Origin: Tagaea sp. | GTDB taxonomy: Bacteria > Pseudomonadota > Alphaproteobacteria > CACIAM-22H2 | DNA: 64,000 bases | Direction of reading: 5' to 3' | Assembly (NCBI GenBank): GCA_965279525.1 | Contig: CBDIIB010000003.1 | Location: 384,001-448,000 of the forward strand | Shown: piece by piece, positions 47,822 to 57,744 of the stretch | How the letters are laid out: the number at the start of each line of letters is the position of its first letter | How positions within the stretch are numbered: position 1 is the stretch's first letter | The notes under the pieces: generated by a model | The model's input: only the letters and a program-made list of their open reading frames with translations | What the model was told of the DNA's origin: nothing | The model's database searches: none | Position numbers and translations under genes: made by a program

Positions 47822-49075
47822 ATGCCTGGCGCGAAGTTCGGCGGTGCACTGCGCGAATCCGCACTTGCGGCACTTGTCGCCCTGCTGCTGGCCATCCCGC
47901 TCGTCGGGCTGCGGCTTACCGAAGGCCTCCAGGGACTGGGCATCGAGACGCGTTTCGACTGGGTCGCGTGGGGTGTCGGGATCGTCTTTTTCGGCCGCCT
48001 GGGCCTGGCGCTTTCGCGCGGCTCGCGCGGCGACCTGCTCGGCCGGATGCCGGCCATGCCGAAGTTCCCGACGGGCACGGGCAGCGCCGTCGCCGGCCTG
48101 CTGCTGGTCCTTGCCGTCGCGATGCCGCTGCTGCCCGTCGCGGACCGCTACATGGTCGAGATCGCCATCACCGTCCTCATCTACGTGATGCTCGGCTGGG
48201 GCCTGAACATCGTCGTTGGTCTCGCCGGGCTGCTCGATCTGGGTTACGTCGCTTTCTACGCGGTCGGTGCCTACACGTATGCATTGCTCGCGATCAACTT
48301 CGACATCTCGTTCTGGCTCTGCCTGCCGATCGCCGGACTGTTCGCGGCACTTTTCGGTATCATCCTCGGCTTCCCGGTCCTTCGCCTGCGCGGCGACTAT
48401 CTTGCGATCGTCACGCTCGGCTTCGGCGAGATGATCCGCATCGTCCTGCTGAACTGGAAAGACTTCTCCGGCGGCCCCAACGGCATCTCGTCGATCCCGC
48501 GGCCCGATTTCTTCGGCTTTCCCTTCGCGCGCGATGGCGAGGGACAGACCACCTTCCACGAACTGTTCGGTCTCGAATTCAGCCCGATGCATCGCATCGT
48601 GTTCCTCTACTACCTGATCCTGATTCTCGCGCTGCTGACCAACTGGTTCACGCTGCGCATGCGCAAGCTGCCGGTCGGCCGCGCGTGGGAAGCCCTGCGC
48701 GAGGACGAGATCGCGTGCCGGGCGCTGGGCATCAATCCGACGAACGTGAAGCTTTCCGCCTTCGCGCTCGGGGCCATGTTCGGCGGGTTCGCGGGCGCGT
48801 TCTTCGCCACGCGCCAGGGCTTCATCAGCCCCGAAAGCTTCTCCTTCATCGAAAGCGCCGTCATCCTCGCGATCGTCGTGCTCGGCGGCATGGGCAGCCA
48901 GATGGGCGTGGTCATCGCCGCCGCGTTCCTGATCCTCGTGCCCGAGCTGCTGCGCGACTTCTCGCAGTACCGGATGGTGCTGTTCGGCATGGCGATGGTG
49001 CTCATCATGCTGTGGCGGCCGCAGGGGCTGGTGTCGCATCGCGCACCCAGCGCCCGGCTGGAGGCAGGCACATGA
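47822..49075 (+). CDS. livM: Branched-chain amino acid ABC permease LivM
   Basis: GLNIVVGLAGLLDLGY, LRLRGDYLAIVTLGFGE, LREDEIA. Confidence 0.95.
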   Translation: MPGAKFGGALRESALAALVALLLAIPLVGLRLTEGLQGLGIETRFDWVAWGVGIVFFGRLGLALSRGSRGDLLGRMPAMPKFPTGTGSAVAGLLLVLAVAMPLLPVADRYMVEIAITVLIYVMLGWGLNIVVGLAGLLDLGYVAFYAVGAYTYALLAINFDISFWLCLPIAGLFAALFGIILGFPVLRLRGDYLAIVTLGFGEMIRIVLLNWKDFSGGPNGISSIPRPDFFGFPFARDGEGQTTFHELFGLEFSPMHRIVFLYYLILILALLTNWFTLRMRKLPVGRAWEALREDEIACRALGINPTNVKLSAFALGAMFGGFAGAFFATRQGFISPESFSFIESAVILAIVVLGGMGSQMGVVIAAAFLILVPELLRDFSQYRMVLFGMAMVLIMLWRPQGLVSHRAPSARLEAGT

Positions 49076-49878
49076 GCCTGCTGACGGTCGAACATCTGAC
49101 GATCCGTTTCGGCGGCCTCGTCGCCGTCGACGACGTGAGCTTCACGGCCGACGACCGGCGCATCACGGCGATCATCGGGCCGAACGGTGCCGGCAAGACG
49201 ACGGTCTTCAACTGCCTCACCGGGTTCTACAAGCCGGATGTCGGCTGCATGCGGCTGGCGAAGGACGGCCGCGAATGGCTGCTCGAGCGGATGGAAGGGT
49301 TCCGGATCTCGCAACAGGCCGGCGTCGCGCGCACGTTCCAGAACATCCGCCTGTTCCCGAAGATGACCGTGCTGGAGAACCTGCTGGTCGCCCAGCACAA
49401 CGTGCTGCAGGCCGCCTCGGTGTTCTCGCTCGCCGGATTGCTCGGGCTTTCCAGCTTTCGGACCGCCGAACGCGCGGCGATCGAGCGTGCCCGCCACTGG
49501 CTCGACCGGATCGGCATGATCCATCTGGCGAACGACGAGGCGGGCAGCCTTCCCTATGGCGCCCAGCGCCGCCTCGAGATCGCGCGCGCGATGTGCACGA
49601 ATCCCCGGCTGCTTTGTCTCGACGAACCGGCGGCCGGGCTCAACCCCGCGGAGTCCGCCCAGCTCGCGACGCTCGTCCGGCGCATCCGGGACGAGGACGG
49701 CATCGCGATCCTGCTGATCGAACATGACATGAGCGTGGTGATGGAGATTTCCGACCGCATCGTCGTGCTCGATCACGGCCGCAAGATCGCCGAGGGGACG
49801 CCCGATCAGGTGCGCGACGATCCAGAAGTGATCCGCGCCTATCTGGGTGCCGCCGAAGACGAGGTCGTAACGCCATGA
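49072..49878 (+). CDS. livG: Branched-chain amino acid ABC ATPase LivG
   Basis: FGGLVAV, GPNGAGKTT, RTFQNIRLF, LDEPAAG, EHDM; ATG 49072. Confidence 0.94.
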   Translation: MSLLTVEHLTIRFGGLVAVDDVSFTADDRRITAIIGPNGAGKTTVFNCLTGFYKPDVGCMRLAKDGREWLLERMEGFRISQQAGVARTFQNIRLFPKMTVLENLLVAQHNVLQAASVFSLAGLLGLSSFRTAERAAIERARHWLDRIGMIHLANDEAGSLPYGAQRRLEIARAMCTNPRLLCLDEPAAGLNPAESAQLATLVRRIRDEDGIAILLIEHDMSVVMEISDRIVVLDHGRKIAEGTPDQVRDDPEVIRAYLGAAEDEVVTP

Positions 49879-50603
49879 CCGCGCGGCCGCTGCTGTCCGT
49901 CCAGGACGTCAAGGCGAACTACGGGCCGGTCGAGGCGCTGCGCGGCGTTTCGCTCGACGTCTTTCCCGGCGAGATCGTGGCCCTGATCGGCGCCAACGGG
50001 GCCGGCAAGTCGACCCTGCTGATGACGATCTGCGGCGACCCGCGCGCGAGTGCGGGCAAGATCCTCTACGACGGTGCCGAGATCACCAATACGCCACTGC
50101 ACGAGATGGTCCGGCTCGGCATCGCCCAGTCGCCGGAGGGGCGGCGGATTTTCCCGCGCATGAGCGTCATCGAGAACCTCCAGATGGGGGCGTTCGCCGG
50201 AGATCCGGCGAATTTCGACAGCGACCTTGATCGCGTACTGCGTCTGTTCCCGCGTCTTGCCGAGCGCCGGGACCAGCGCGCCGGCACAATGTCGGGTGGC
50301 GAGCAGCAGATGCTCGCCATAGGCCGTGCCCTGATGAGCCGGCCGCGACTTTTGCTGCTGGACGAACCGTCGCTTGGCCTTGCCCCCTTGCTCGTCGCCC
50401 AGATTTTCGCGACCATCCGGGAAATCAACCGCAGCGAAGGGGTGACGGTGTTGCTGGTCGAACAGAACGCCTACCATGCGTTGCGGCTGGCGCACCGGGG
50501 CTACGTCCTGGTGAACGGGTCGATCCGGATGAGCGGCGCGGGTGCCGAACTGCTGGCCAACCCGGACATCCAGAAGGCGTATCTTGCCGGGGGTCATCAT
50601 TGA
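49875..50603 (+). CDS. livF: Branched-chain amino acid ABC ATPase LivF
   Basis: GANGAGKS, PEGRRIF, MSGGEQQM, DEPSLGLAP, VEQN. Confidence 0.95.
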   Translation: MTARPLLSVQDVKANYGPVEALRGVSLDVFPGEIVALIGANGAGKSTLLMTICGDPRASAGKILYDGAEITNTPLHEMVRLGIAQSPEGRRIFPRMSVIENLQMGAFAGDPANFDSDLDRVLRLFPRLAERRDQRAGTMSGGEQQMLAIGRALMSRPRLLLLDEPSLGLAPLLVAQIFATIREINRSEGVTVLLVEQNAYHALRLAHRGYVLVNGSIRMSGAGAELLANPDIQKAYLAGGHH

Positions 50604-50619
50604 TGGCGGGGACTGGCAC

Positions 50620-51000
50620 ATGACCGGCTTCAGCTTTGCCGAGTTCTTCTTCCTCACGCTGATCCTTTTCGGCGGCGCGGGCTTTCTGATGGGACAGGCG
50701 CTGGCACAGACGTGGCGGCCGTGGTGGCACGCGATGCCCTATGCGGCCTTGATGGCGGCGGCCAACCGGTTCCTGTCCTTCTCGCTGTTCGAAGGGGACC
50801 TGCGCGCCATCGCCCCGTTTCTTCTGGATTTCGCGGTCGTCGCCGGGCTTGCGATGCTGGCCTACCGCATCACGCGCGCGCGGACGATGACGCGCCAGTA
50901 TCCATGGCTCTACGAGCCGGACGGACTTTTCGGCTGGCGGACGCGCGAAGCGTCTGCCGGTCCGCCTGCTGCCGGGTCCCAGGACCGGCGCGGGCATTAA
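50620..51000 (+). CDS. Small membrane protein found in alphaproteobacterial liv operons (DUF6867-like)
   Basis: ~126 aa, hydrophobic segments, GQALAQTWRP, RFLSFSLFEG, MTRQYPWLY; between livF and livK. Confidence 0.75.
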   Translation: MTGFSFAEFFFLTLILFGGAGFLMGQALAQTWRPWWHAMPYAALMAAANRFLSFSLFEGDLRAIAPFLLDFAVVAGLAMLAYRITRARTMTRQYPWLYEPDGLFGWRTREASAGPPAAGSQDRRGH

Positions 51001-51038
51001 TGCGACTTGGGACTTCAACTTCAACAAGGAGAACTGGA

Positions 51039-52166
51039 ATGTCGATGAAACGTAGAGATCTTCTGAAGGCGGGTGCGGGCGCCGCGGCGTTCGCAGCCGT
51101 GTCGCCGTCGATCGTGCTGGCCCAGAGCGGCCCGATCACGATCGGCTGCGCGGGCCCGTTCACCGGCCCCAATGCGGCCTTCGGCGAACAGCTTCGCCGG
51201 GGCTTCAACATGGCGATCGCCGACCTGAACGCTTCGGGCGGCGTGCTCGGCCGCCAGCTCGCGGGCGTCTTCGAGGACGACGCGTCGGATCCCAACCAGG
51301 CGCGCGCGGCGGCCAACCGTCTTGCCGGCCGCAAGGTCCCGTTCGTGCTCGGCCACTTCAACTCGTCGTGCTCGATCCCGGCTTCGGAAGTCTATGCCGA
51401 GGAAGGCGTGCTGCAGATCACCCCGGCGTCGACCAACCCGCGCCTGACCGATCGCGGTGCCAAGTTCAAGAACGTGTTCCGCACCTGCGGGCGCGACGAC
51501 CAGCAGGGCGCCATCGCCGGCGGCTGGCTCTCGGACAAGTACAAGGGCAAGTCGGTCGCGATCATCCACGACAAGACGACCTACGGGCAGGGCCTCGCCG
51601 ACGAGACCAAGAAGGCGATGAACGCCAAGGGCCTCACCGAGAAGCTCTATGACGGCGTGGGCGTGGGCGACAAGGACTTCACGGCGCTGATCACGCGCAT
51701 GAAGAGCCAGGCCGTGGAAGCGATCTATTTCGGCGGTCTCCACACCGAAGCGGCTCTGCTCGTTCGCCAGGCGCGCGAGCAGGGTCTTGCGGCGCAGATG
51801 GTTTCGGGCGACGGCATCGTGTCGGCCGAATTCGCTTCGATCGCCGGCAAGGCCGCCGATGGCGTGATCATGACGTTCGACAGCGACCCCCGCAAGGCGG
51901 CCGGTGCACGTCAGGTCGTCGCCCGCTTCGTCCAGCAGGGCTACGATCCGGAGGGCTACACCCTCCTGTCGTACGCCGGCGTCCAGGTTTTCGCGGGTGC
52001 CGCGAAGGCCGCGAACGGCACGGGCGTCAACGCGCTCGTGGCGAACATGCACGGCAAGTCGTTCGACACGGTGATCGGCAAGCTGACCTACGACACCAAG
52101 GGCGACCTCACGGCGCCCAACTACGTCTTCTACATCTGGAAGGACGGCAAGTACGCCGAGATGTAA
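51039..52166 (+). CDS. livK: Branched-chain amino acid ABC substrate-binding protein
   Basis: AGGAG RBS; Tat-like KRRDLL; GPFTG, EDDASDP, GHFNSS, TPASTNP, HDKTTYGQG. Confidence 0.9.
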   Translation: MSMKRRDLLKAGAGAAAFAAVSPSIVLAQSGPITIGCAGPFTGPNAAFGEQLRRGFNMAIADLNASGGVLGRQLAGVFEDDASDPNQARAAANRLAGRKVPFVLGHFNSSCSIPASEVYAEEGVLQITPASTNPRLTDRGAKFKNVFRTCGRDDQQGAIAGGWLSDKYKGKSVAIIHDKTTYGQGLADETKKAMNAKGLTEKLYDGVGVGDKDFTALITRMKSQAVEAIYFGGLHTEAALLVRQAREQGLAAQMVSGDGIVSAEFASIAGKAADGVIMTFDSDPRKAAGARQVVARFVQQGYDPEGYTLLSYAGVQVFAGAAKAANGTGVNALVANMHGKSFDTVIGKLTYDTKGDLTAPNYVFYIWKDGKYAEM

Positions 52167-52182
52167 TCGACGGGTAACGATC

Positions 52183-52220
52183 AGCCGCCGGCTCCCTTCC
52201 GGAGCCGGCGGCTTTTTTTT
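52183..52220 (+). terminator. Rho-independent terminator of the liv operon
   Basis: AGCCGCCGGCTCC-CTTCC-GGAGCCGGCGGCT followed by a T-tract. Confidence 0.9.
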
Positions 52221-52438
52221 GTCCGGATTTCGGAACGGGGACCCTGTATCGCGGTGCAGCAATTCGCTGCCAGGTCCCGCGAACGCGTTACGGCGCCGTA
52301 CGCTGCCTTGACAAGGGCGGGCGCAGGATATGACACTTTAATTACGGAAAAATGGATCGGATGCGGCTGTGCGCGCAGAGTGCTGCGCGGAAGCTTCATC
52401 GGACGGAAATAAATGGGCCGGCAAAGGCCCGATAGAAA

Positions 52439-52455
52439 GACCGGTACAGCCGGTC
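52439..52455. promoter_or_regulatory. Candidate operator upstream of the CUT1-GDPD operon
   Basis: GACCGG-TACAG-CCGGTC palindrome just before the RBS; TTGACA at 52308. Confidence 0.35.
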
Positions 52456-52473
52456 ATAAAGGGAGATGTCGCA

Positions 52474-53853
52474 ATGAAGAGTCTTCGCGTCCTGTCTGCA
52501 GCCTTGCTTGCAGGCACCATGCTGGTCGGCGCTACCGCCGCCAGCTATGCCGAGGAAGTCGTCGTCAAGATGTGGGCGCGCGCCGACCGTTCCGGTCCGT
52601 TGCGCGCGGGCAATGTCGTCGCGGCTGCCGAAGCGCTGAACATGGCGTTGAAGGCGGCAGGCTCCGACAAGACCGTGAAGGTCGAGGTCTTCGAGGGTCC
52701 TGCGACGGGCTACGACGCCGATGCGCTCGACATCCTGAAGGCTTTCGCCGTCAATCGCGGACCGGACGTCTATGTCGCCGCGCACGAATGGGTCGGCGAG
52801 TTCGCGAAGTCCGGCTATGCGATGGATCTCGAAGCCTTCATCAAGAAGAACCAGTGGGCCTTCAGCGACGTCATCCCCGTGCTCTGGGAGTCGACAAAGT
52901 ACCAGGGCAAGATCTACGCGATCCCGCAGGATTCCGAGATCCGCATGTTCTTCTACAACAAGGACATGCTGCGCAAGATCGGCAAGAGCGAGGAATTCGT
53001 CAACAATCTGCCCGTGATGGTCGACAAGGGCGAGTTCACGATGCAGGACCTGTCGAACCTCGCAAAGGAAGTGGTCGACAAGGGTGCGGCACAGATCGGC
53101 ATCATCCACCGTCCCAACCCCGGTCCCGACTATCTGATGAGTTTCGCGTCGTTCGGCGTGAAGTTCATGGACGAGAAATCCGGCCAGCTTCTCCTTCCCA
53201 AGGCCGAGATGCGCAAGGGCCTCGAGTGGTTCGCGTGGAACGCGGCCAATGGCGTGACGCCGAAGAACAACACCGCCATGTCGTGGGACGAGATCCAGAG
53301 CGCGTTCAAGTCGGAAAAGGCTTTCATCTACCATCAGGGTGTCTGGGCCGTCGGCGAGTGGATGCTCGGCGACGCGAAGGGCGGCAACTGGCCCAAGGAC
53401 CAGGCGGGCTATTTCAAGAAGATCGGCTGGCTGCACGCGCCCGCCGCCGTCAAGGGTGGCGAGCCCGCCAACCTGTCGCATCCGATCGTCTATGTCGTGA
53501 ACCCGAAGTCGAAGAACGCCGAACTGGCCGCCACGCTTCTGGCCTATGCCTCGCTGCCGCACTTCAACACCAAGCACGCGGTGACGACGGCACATACCGG
53601 CATCCTCAACGGCCAGCGCAGCATGCCTGACTATGCCAACGCCTGGTATCTCGAGGCGGCGACCCCGATGCTCGCGCGTTCGACGTTCATCCCGAACCAC
53701 CCGGAGTTCGGCCGCTACAACGGCATCCTGTTCAAGGCGCTGCAGGGCGTCGAGACGGGCCGTCTCACGCCGGCCAAGGCCATCGAGTTCCTCGAGGACG
53801 AGATGACGAACGAACTCAAAGGCAACGTGAAGATCGTCGAGAAGCTGAACTAG
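52474..53853 (+). CDS. Carbohydrate (CUT1) ABC substrate-binding protein
   Basis: ATG 52474 after GGGAG; signal peptide; GPDVYVAAHEW, IPQDSEIRMFFYNKD. Confidence 0.88.
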   Translation: MKSLRVLSAALLAGTMLVGATAASYAEEVVVKMWARADRSGPLRAGNVVAAAEALNMALKAAGSDKTVKVEVFEGPATGYDADALDILKAFAVNRGPDVYVAAHEWVGEFAKSGYAMDLEAFIKKNQWAFSDVIPVLWESTKYQGKIYAIPQDSEIRMFFYNKDMLRKIGKSEEFVNNLPVMVDKGEFTMQDLSNLAKEVVDKGAAQIGIIHRPNPGPDYLMSFASFGVKFMDEKSGQLLLPKAEMRKGLEWFAWNAANGVTPKNNTAMSWDEIQSAFKSEKAFIYHQGVWAVGEWMLGDAKGGNWPKDQAGYFKKIGWLHAPAAVKGGEPANLSHPIVYVVNPKSKNAELAATLLAYASLPHFNTKHAVTTAHTGILNGQRSMPDYANAWYLEAATPMLARSTFIPNHPEFGRYNGILFKALQGVETGRLTPAKAIEFLEDEMTNELKGNVKIVEKLN

Positions 53854-53875
53854 GCGTCTAGGAGTCGACGACATC

Positions 53876-54787
53876 GTGCCGAAAGCCGGCACATCCGTCC
53901 GGCAGTGGGTCGACCGGGCCCTTTTCCTGGGCCCGGCGACCCTCTTGCTGACGGCTTTCTTCCTGCTGCCGGTCCTAGTCGATATCGGCATCGCCTTCAC
54001 CGACATGAGCCGGAACCTCCAGGTTACCGGTTTCACGACGGCGAATTTCGCGCGCATGTTCGGCGGCGATTCGAGGCTGGCAGGGGTGATGCTGGTCACG
54101 CTCTTCTACGTGCTCGGAACACTCGCGATCTTCAACGTCACCTACGGGCTGCTGCTGGCCCTCGTCACGACCTCGCTGCCCGACCAGACGGGCGCCTTCT
54201 TCCGGGCGATCTGGTTCCTGCCGCGCATGAGCCCGTCCGTGGTCTATGCGCTGCTCTGGTCCTGGGTGATCGCGCCCACGAACTACGGACTTCTCAACCA
54301 GGCCTTGGCCTTTTTCGGTGTCGGCGCGCTCGACCTCAAGAGCGACGCGCCGATGCTGGTCATCCTGCTGGCGAACGGCTTCATCGGCGCGTCGTTCGGA
54401 ATGATCATCTTCACCAGCGCCATCCGCTCGATCCCGGCGCATCTCTTCCACGCGGCACGTGTCGACGGGGCAGGCGGACTTGCCATCATCCGGTACATCA
54501 CGCTGCCGGCGATCCGCTGGCAGCTCAGTTTCGTGACGATCTATCAGGCATTGGCGCTGCTCGTCAGCTTCGAATACATCTGGCTGATCACCAATGGCGG
54601 GCCCTTCTTCGACACGACGGTCTATGCGCTCTACGTCTATCGCCGCGCGTTCGAGAACGGGCAGTACGCCTATGGCGCGGCCCTTTCGCTTGGCCTGGTC
54701 GTCGTGGGCACGTTCGTGGCACTCGTCCTCTGGCGTTTCTTCGACATGCGGGCCCTCCTGCAGAAGCCGCGTATCGAGGTGTCATGA
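53876..54787 (+). CDS. CUT1 ABC permease (MalF/UgpA-like)
   Basis: LFHAARVDGA, TNGGP, YGAA. Confidence 0.9.
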   Translation: MPKAGTSVRQWVDRALFLGPATLLLTAFFLLPVLVDIGIAFTDMSRNLQVTGFTTANFARMFGGDSRLAGVMLVTLFYVLGTLAIFNVTYGLLLALVTTSLPDQTGAFFRAIWFLPRMSPSVVYALLWSWVIAPTNYGLLNQALAFFGVGALDLKSDAPMLVILLANGFIGASFGMIIFTSAIRSIPAHLFHAARVDGAGGLAIIRYITLPAIRWQLSFVTIYQALALLVSFEYIWLITNGGPFFDTTVYALYVYRRAFENGQYAYGAALSLGLVVVGTFVALVLWRFFDMRALLQKPRIEVS

Positions 54788-55854
54788 CGACCGTCGCCGC
54801 ATCGGCCGAAAAGCGGCCGGACTGGAACGCACTGGTCATCCGCGCCCGTTCCCGGCGCCGCATGACGACGGCGTTTCTCTATGTCGTCCTTATTCTCGGG
54901 TCGCTGCCGATCGTGGTCCCGTATCTGTGGCTCGTCACCGTGGCGGTTTCGGGGCGCACGGGCACTTCGACCGTCGTCCTGTGGCGTGCCATGGCGGTCG
55001 CGATGCCCGCACTCGTGATCTGGTCGATGTTGCGTCTGGCGCTGGACGATGCACGCCGTCTCCGGTACTTCGAAATCGCCCTTGGTGCCGTCACTTTCCT
55101 GGCGCTTGCCGCGATCACCGGCCCCTATCTCCATACGGACAATTTCCGCTTCCTGTGGAACGCGAATATCGCCGACGACCTGAAAGGCGTGGGCGGGGTC
55201 GGCAACCGCTATCCGAGCGTCTGGGTCGCGTTCCGGAACTCCCTGATACTCGCCTGCGTCCAGATGTCCCTTGTCGTGATCGTCAGCACATTCGCGGGCT
55301 ACTATCTGTCGCGGTTCGACTTTGCCGGACGTGGCGCCTACCTGAAGGGGCTGCTCGTGCTGCACGCATTCCCGGCGATGTCGCTGATCATCCCGATCTT
55401 CCTGATGATGTACTGGGTCGGACTCCTCGATACGCTGACCGGTGTCGTCCTCGTCATCGTGGCGCTGGAACTGCCTTTTGCGATCTTCGTGATGAAGGGC
55501 TTCTTCGACGCCGTTCCCTGGGACATCGAGATGAGCGCCATGACCGACGGCGCGTCGCGCCGGCAGGCGTTCTTCATGGTCGTTCTCCCGCAGGTCAAGG
55601 TCGGCATGATCGCGGTCGGCGTATTCGCATTCCTGCGCGGCTGGGAAGAGTACGTGTTCGTGCGGACACTGCTGTTCGAGAAGGCGAACTGGACGATGAG
55701 CCTGTTCCTGTTCTGGATGTACGACGACGTGATGGGAACCGACTATGCGATGGTATCGGCGGTCGGCGTGTTCTACGTGATGCCGTCGGTCATTCTCTAC
55801 ACGTTGTGCCAGAAATATCTGACGCAGATGTCCGTTGGCGGCATCAAGGGCTGA
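54784..55854 (+). CDS. CUT1 ABC permease (MalG/UgpE-like)
   Basis: ATG 54784 overlapping upstream stop; IEMSAMTDGASR, GWEEY, GGIKG end. Confidence 0.9.
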   Translation: MTTVAASAEKRPDWNALVIRARSRRRMTTAFLYVVLILGSLPIVVPYLWLVTVAVSGRTGTSTVVLWRAMAVAMPALVIWSMLRLALDDARRLRYFEIALGAVTFLALAAITGPYLHTDNFRFLWNANIADDLKGVGGVGNRYPSVWVAFRNSLILACVQMSLVVIVSTFAGYYLSRFDFAGRGAYLKGLLVLHAFPAMSLIIPIFLMMYWVGLLDTLTGVVLVIVALELPFAIFVMKGFFDAVPWDIEMSAMTDGASRRQAFFMVVLPQVKVGMIAVGVFAFLRGWEEYVFVRTLLFEKANWTMSLFLFWMYDDVMGTDYAMVSAVGVFYVMPSVILYTLCQKYLTQMSVGGIKG

Positions 55855-55858
55855 CAAG

Positions 55859-56920
55859 ATGGCGAAGATCGAGTTGAAGGGTGTGGCAAAGCGGTGGGGA
55901 GACGTGGCGGCGGTCGAGCCGACGGATCTCGTCATCGGTGACGGAGAGTTCGTCGCCATCCTCGGACCATCCGGTTGCGGAAAGTCGACGACGCTGTTCA
56001 TGCTTGCCGGCATCTACACCCCGACCGAGGGCGACATCCTGTTCGACGGCCAGCGCGTCAACGAAGTCGAGGCGCGCGACCGGAATGTCGGCATCGTCTT
56101 CCAGTCCTACGCGCTCTATCCGAACATGACGGTGCGCGACAACATCCAGTTTCCGCTCCGGTTCAAGGACGTGACGCGAGAGGCTTCCCTGGCGCGCGCC
56201 GATGCGGCGGCACGACTGGTCCAGGTCCACGAACTGATGGATCGCAAGCCGGGGCAGCTTTCGGGCGGCCAGCAGCAGCGCGTGGCACTCGCCCGCGCAC
56301 TGATCAAGGAGCCGCAGCTGATGCTGCTCGACGAGCCGCTGTCGAACCTGGATGCCTCCCTGCGCCTGACGATGCGCAGCGAGATCCGCGGTCTCCAGCG
56401 CAAGCTGGGTGTGACGACATTGCTGGTGACGCATGACCAGATCGAAGCGACGACGATGGCCGATCGCGTGATCTGCATGAGTCGCGGCCGTATCGAGCAG
56501 GTCGGTACGGCCGACGATCTCTATCATCGTCCGGACAGCCTGTTCGTCGCCGGTTTCATCGGTTCGCCACCGATCAATCTGCTGGATTGCAGTGCCTCTG
56601 CAGGTTCCCTGCGGTGCGGCGAGGTGACGCTGCGCGTTGCGGGCGCCCGGGACGGTGCCTGCGTGCTGGGCATCCGGCCGGAAACGGTTTCGCTCGGTAC
56701 GGGACCGTTCCACGCGCAGGTCCAGGATCTGGAGCCGCACGGCCGTGAGGCGATCTACCATCTTTCGACGCCGTTCGGTGTCGTGCGGGCGCTCGAGCCG
56801 GGTGCGACGGCGAGGTTCAGGGTCGGCGATCAGATCACATTCGGCCTGTCGCAGGCGATGCTGTTCGACGCGAAGTCGACGCGGCGGATCGAGGGCGCGG
56901 TGGTGGATCTCGTTCCATGA
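55859..56920 (+). CDS. CUT1 ABC ATP-binding protein (MalK/UgpC-like)
   Basis: [34 protein letters not shown]. Confidence 0.93.
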   Translation: MAKIELKGVAKRWGDVAAVEPTDLVIGDGEFVAILGPSGCGKSTTLFMLAGIYTPTEGDILFDGQRVNEVEARDRNVGIVFQSYALYPNMTVRDNIQFPLRFKDVTREASLARADAAARLVQVHELMDRKPGQLSGGQQQRVALARALIKEPQLMLLDEPLSNLDASLRLTMRSEIRGLQRKLGVTTLLVTHDQIEATTMADRVICMSRGRIEQVGTADDLYHRPDSLFVAGFIGSPPINLLDCSASAGSLRCGEVTLRVAGARDGACVLGIRPETVSLGTGPFHAQVQDLEPHGREAIYHLSTPFGVVRALEPGATARFRVGDQITFGLSQAMLFDAKSTRRIEGAVVDLVP

Positions 56921-57744
56921 ACCGGCCGCCGCCGCGGCTGAAATGGCATATGTTGCGCCGCCGGAAATCCGATCCGGGGCATCTGCGCGCCAACCTCGAA
57001 GCGGCCTTGCTTGCCGGGGCTGCTTGCGAGGTTGATCTGCAGTTCACGGCGGACGGCCACGCGTTCTGCCTGCATGACGATACGCTCGATCGCGAGACGA
57101 CCGGCACGGGACCGGCTGCCATCCTGCGCAGGTCGGATGTCGAGCGGCTCCGCCAGCGCGGCGGCGATGGCGTGGCGCTCGAAAGTGCCCCGTTGTTCCT
57201 CGACGAGGTCGCCGACATGGTGCGCCGTTTCGGCCGTCCCGATGGCGGGCTTGTCCAGCTCGACGTCAAGGCGCCGCTCGATACGTTGGGGCCGGACGGT
57301 TTGGAGAGGATGTCGGGTGCGATAGGCGAGGCCGCCTCGCGGTTTGTCGCCGGTGCTTGCGATTGGCGCACGCCGACGCGGATGGCGGACGCGATAGAGG
57401 GGCTTCGCCGGGGATTCGATCCGCTCGATTTCTATCCGCGTTCGATGCCGCAGGGAGCCGAGGCGTTCCGGGCGCTGGGCCGGCGGACGATGGAGACGGC
57501 ACCGGATGCGGACATCTACTATCTCGAGGCGAAGCTCGTGCGCGCCGGCCTTCGCGCCGGCGTCAATCTCGTCGAGATTGCCCGGCGCGATGGTTCGGAA
57601 GTCGACGTCTGGACGATCGATGCCGATCGGCCCGCGCTCCGCGAGGAGCTTGCCGAGCTGATCCGCGCCGGCTGCACGCAGGTGACCAGCAACGATCCGG
57701 ACATCCTCCAGCCCCTCGTCGAGGAAATCGCCCGATGCTTGTGA
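56917..57744 (+). CDS. Glycerophosphodiester phosphodiesterase-family protein (atypical N-terminal motif)
   Basis: LKWHMLRR in place of HRG; CEVDL, LHDDTLDRET, DVWTI, VTSNDP. Confidence 0.8.
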   Translation: MNRPPPRLKWHMLRRRKSDPGHLRANLEAALLAGAACEVDLQFTADGHAFCLHDDTLDRETTGTGPAAILRRSDVERLRQRGGDGVALESAPLFLDEVADMVRRFGRPDGGLVQLDVKAPLDTLGPDGLERMSGAIGEAASRFVAGACDWRTPTRMADAIEGLRRGFDPLDFYPRSMPQGAEAFRALGRRTMETAPDADIYYLEAKLVRAGLRAGVNLVEIARRDGSEVDVWTIDADRPALREELAELIRAGCTQVTSNDPDILQPLVEEIARCL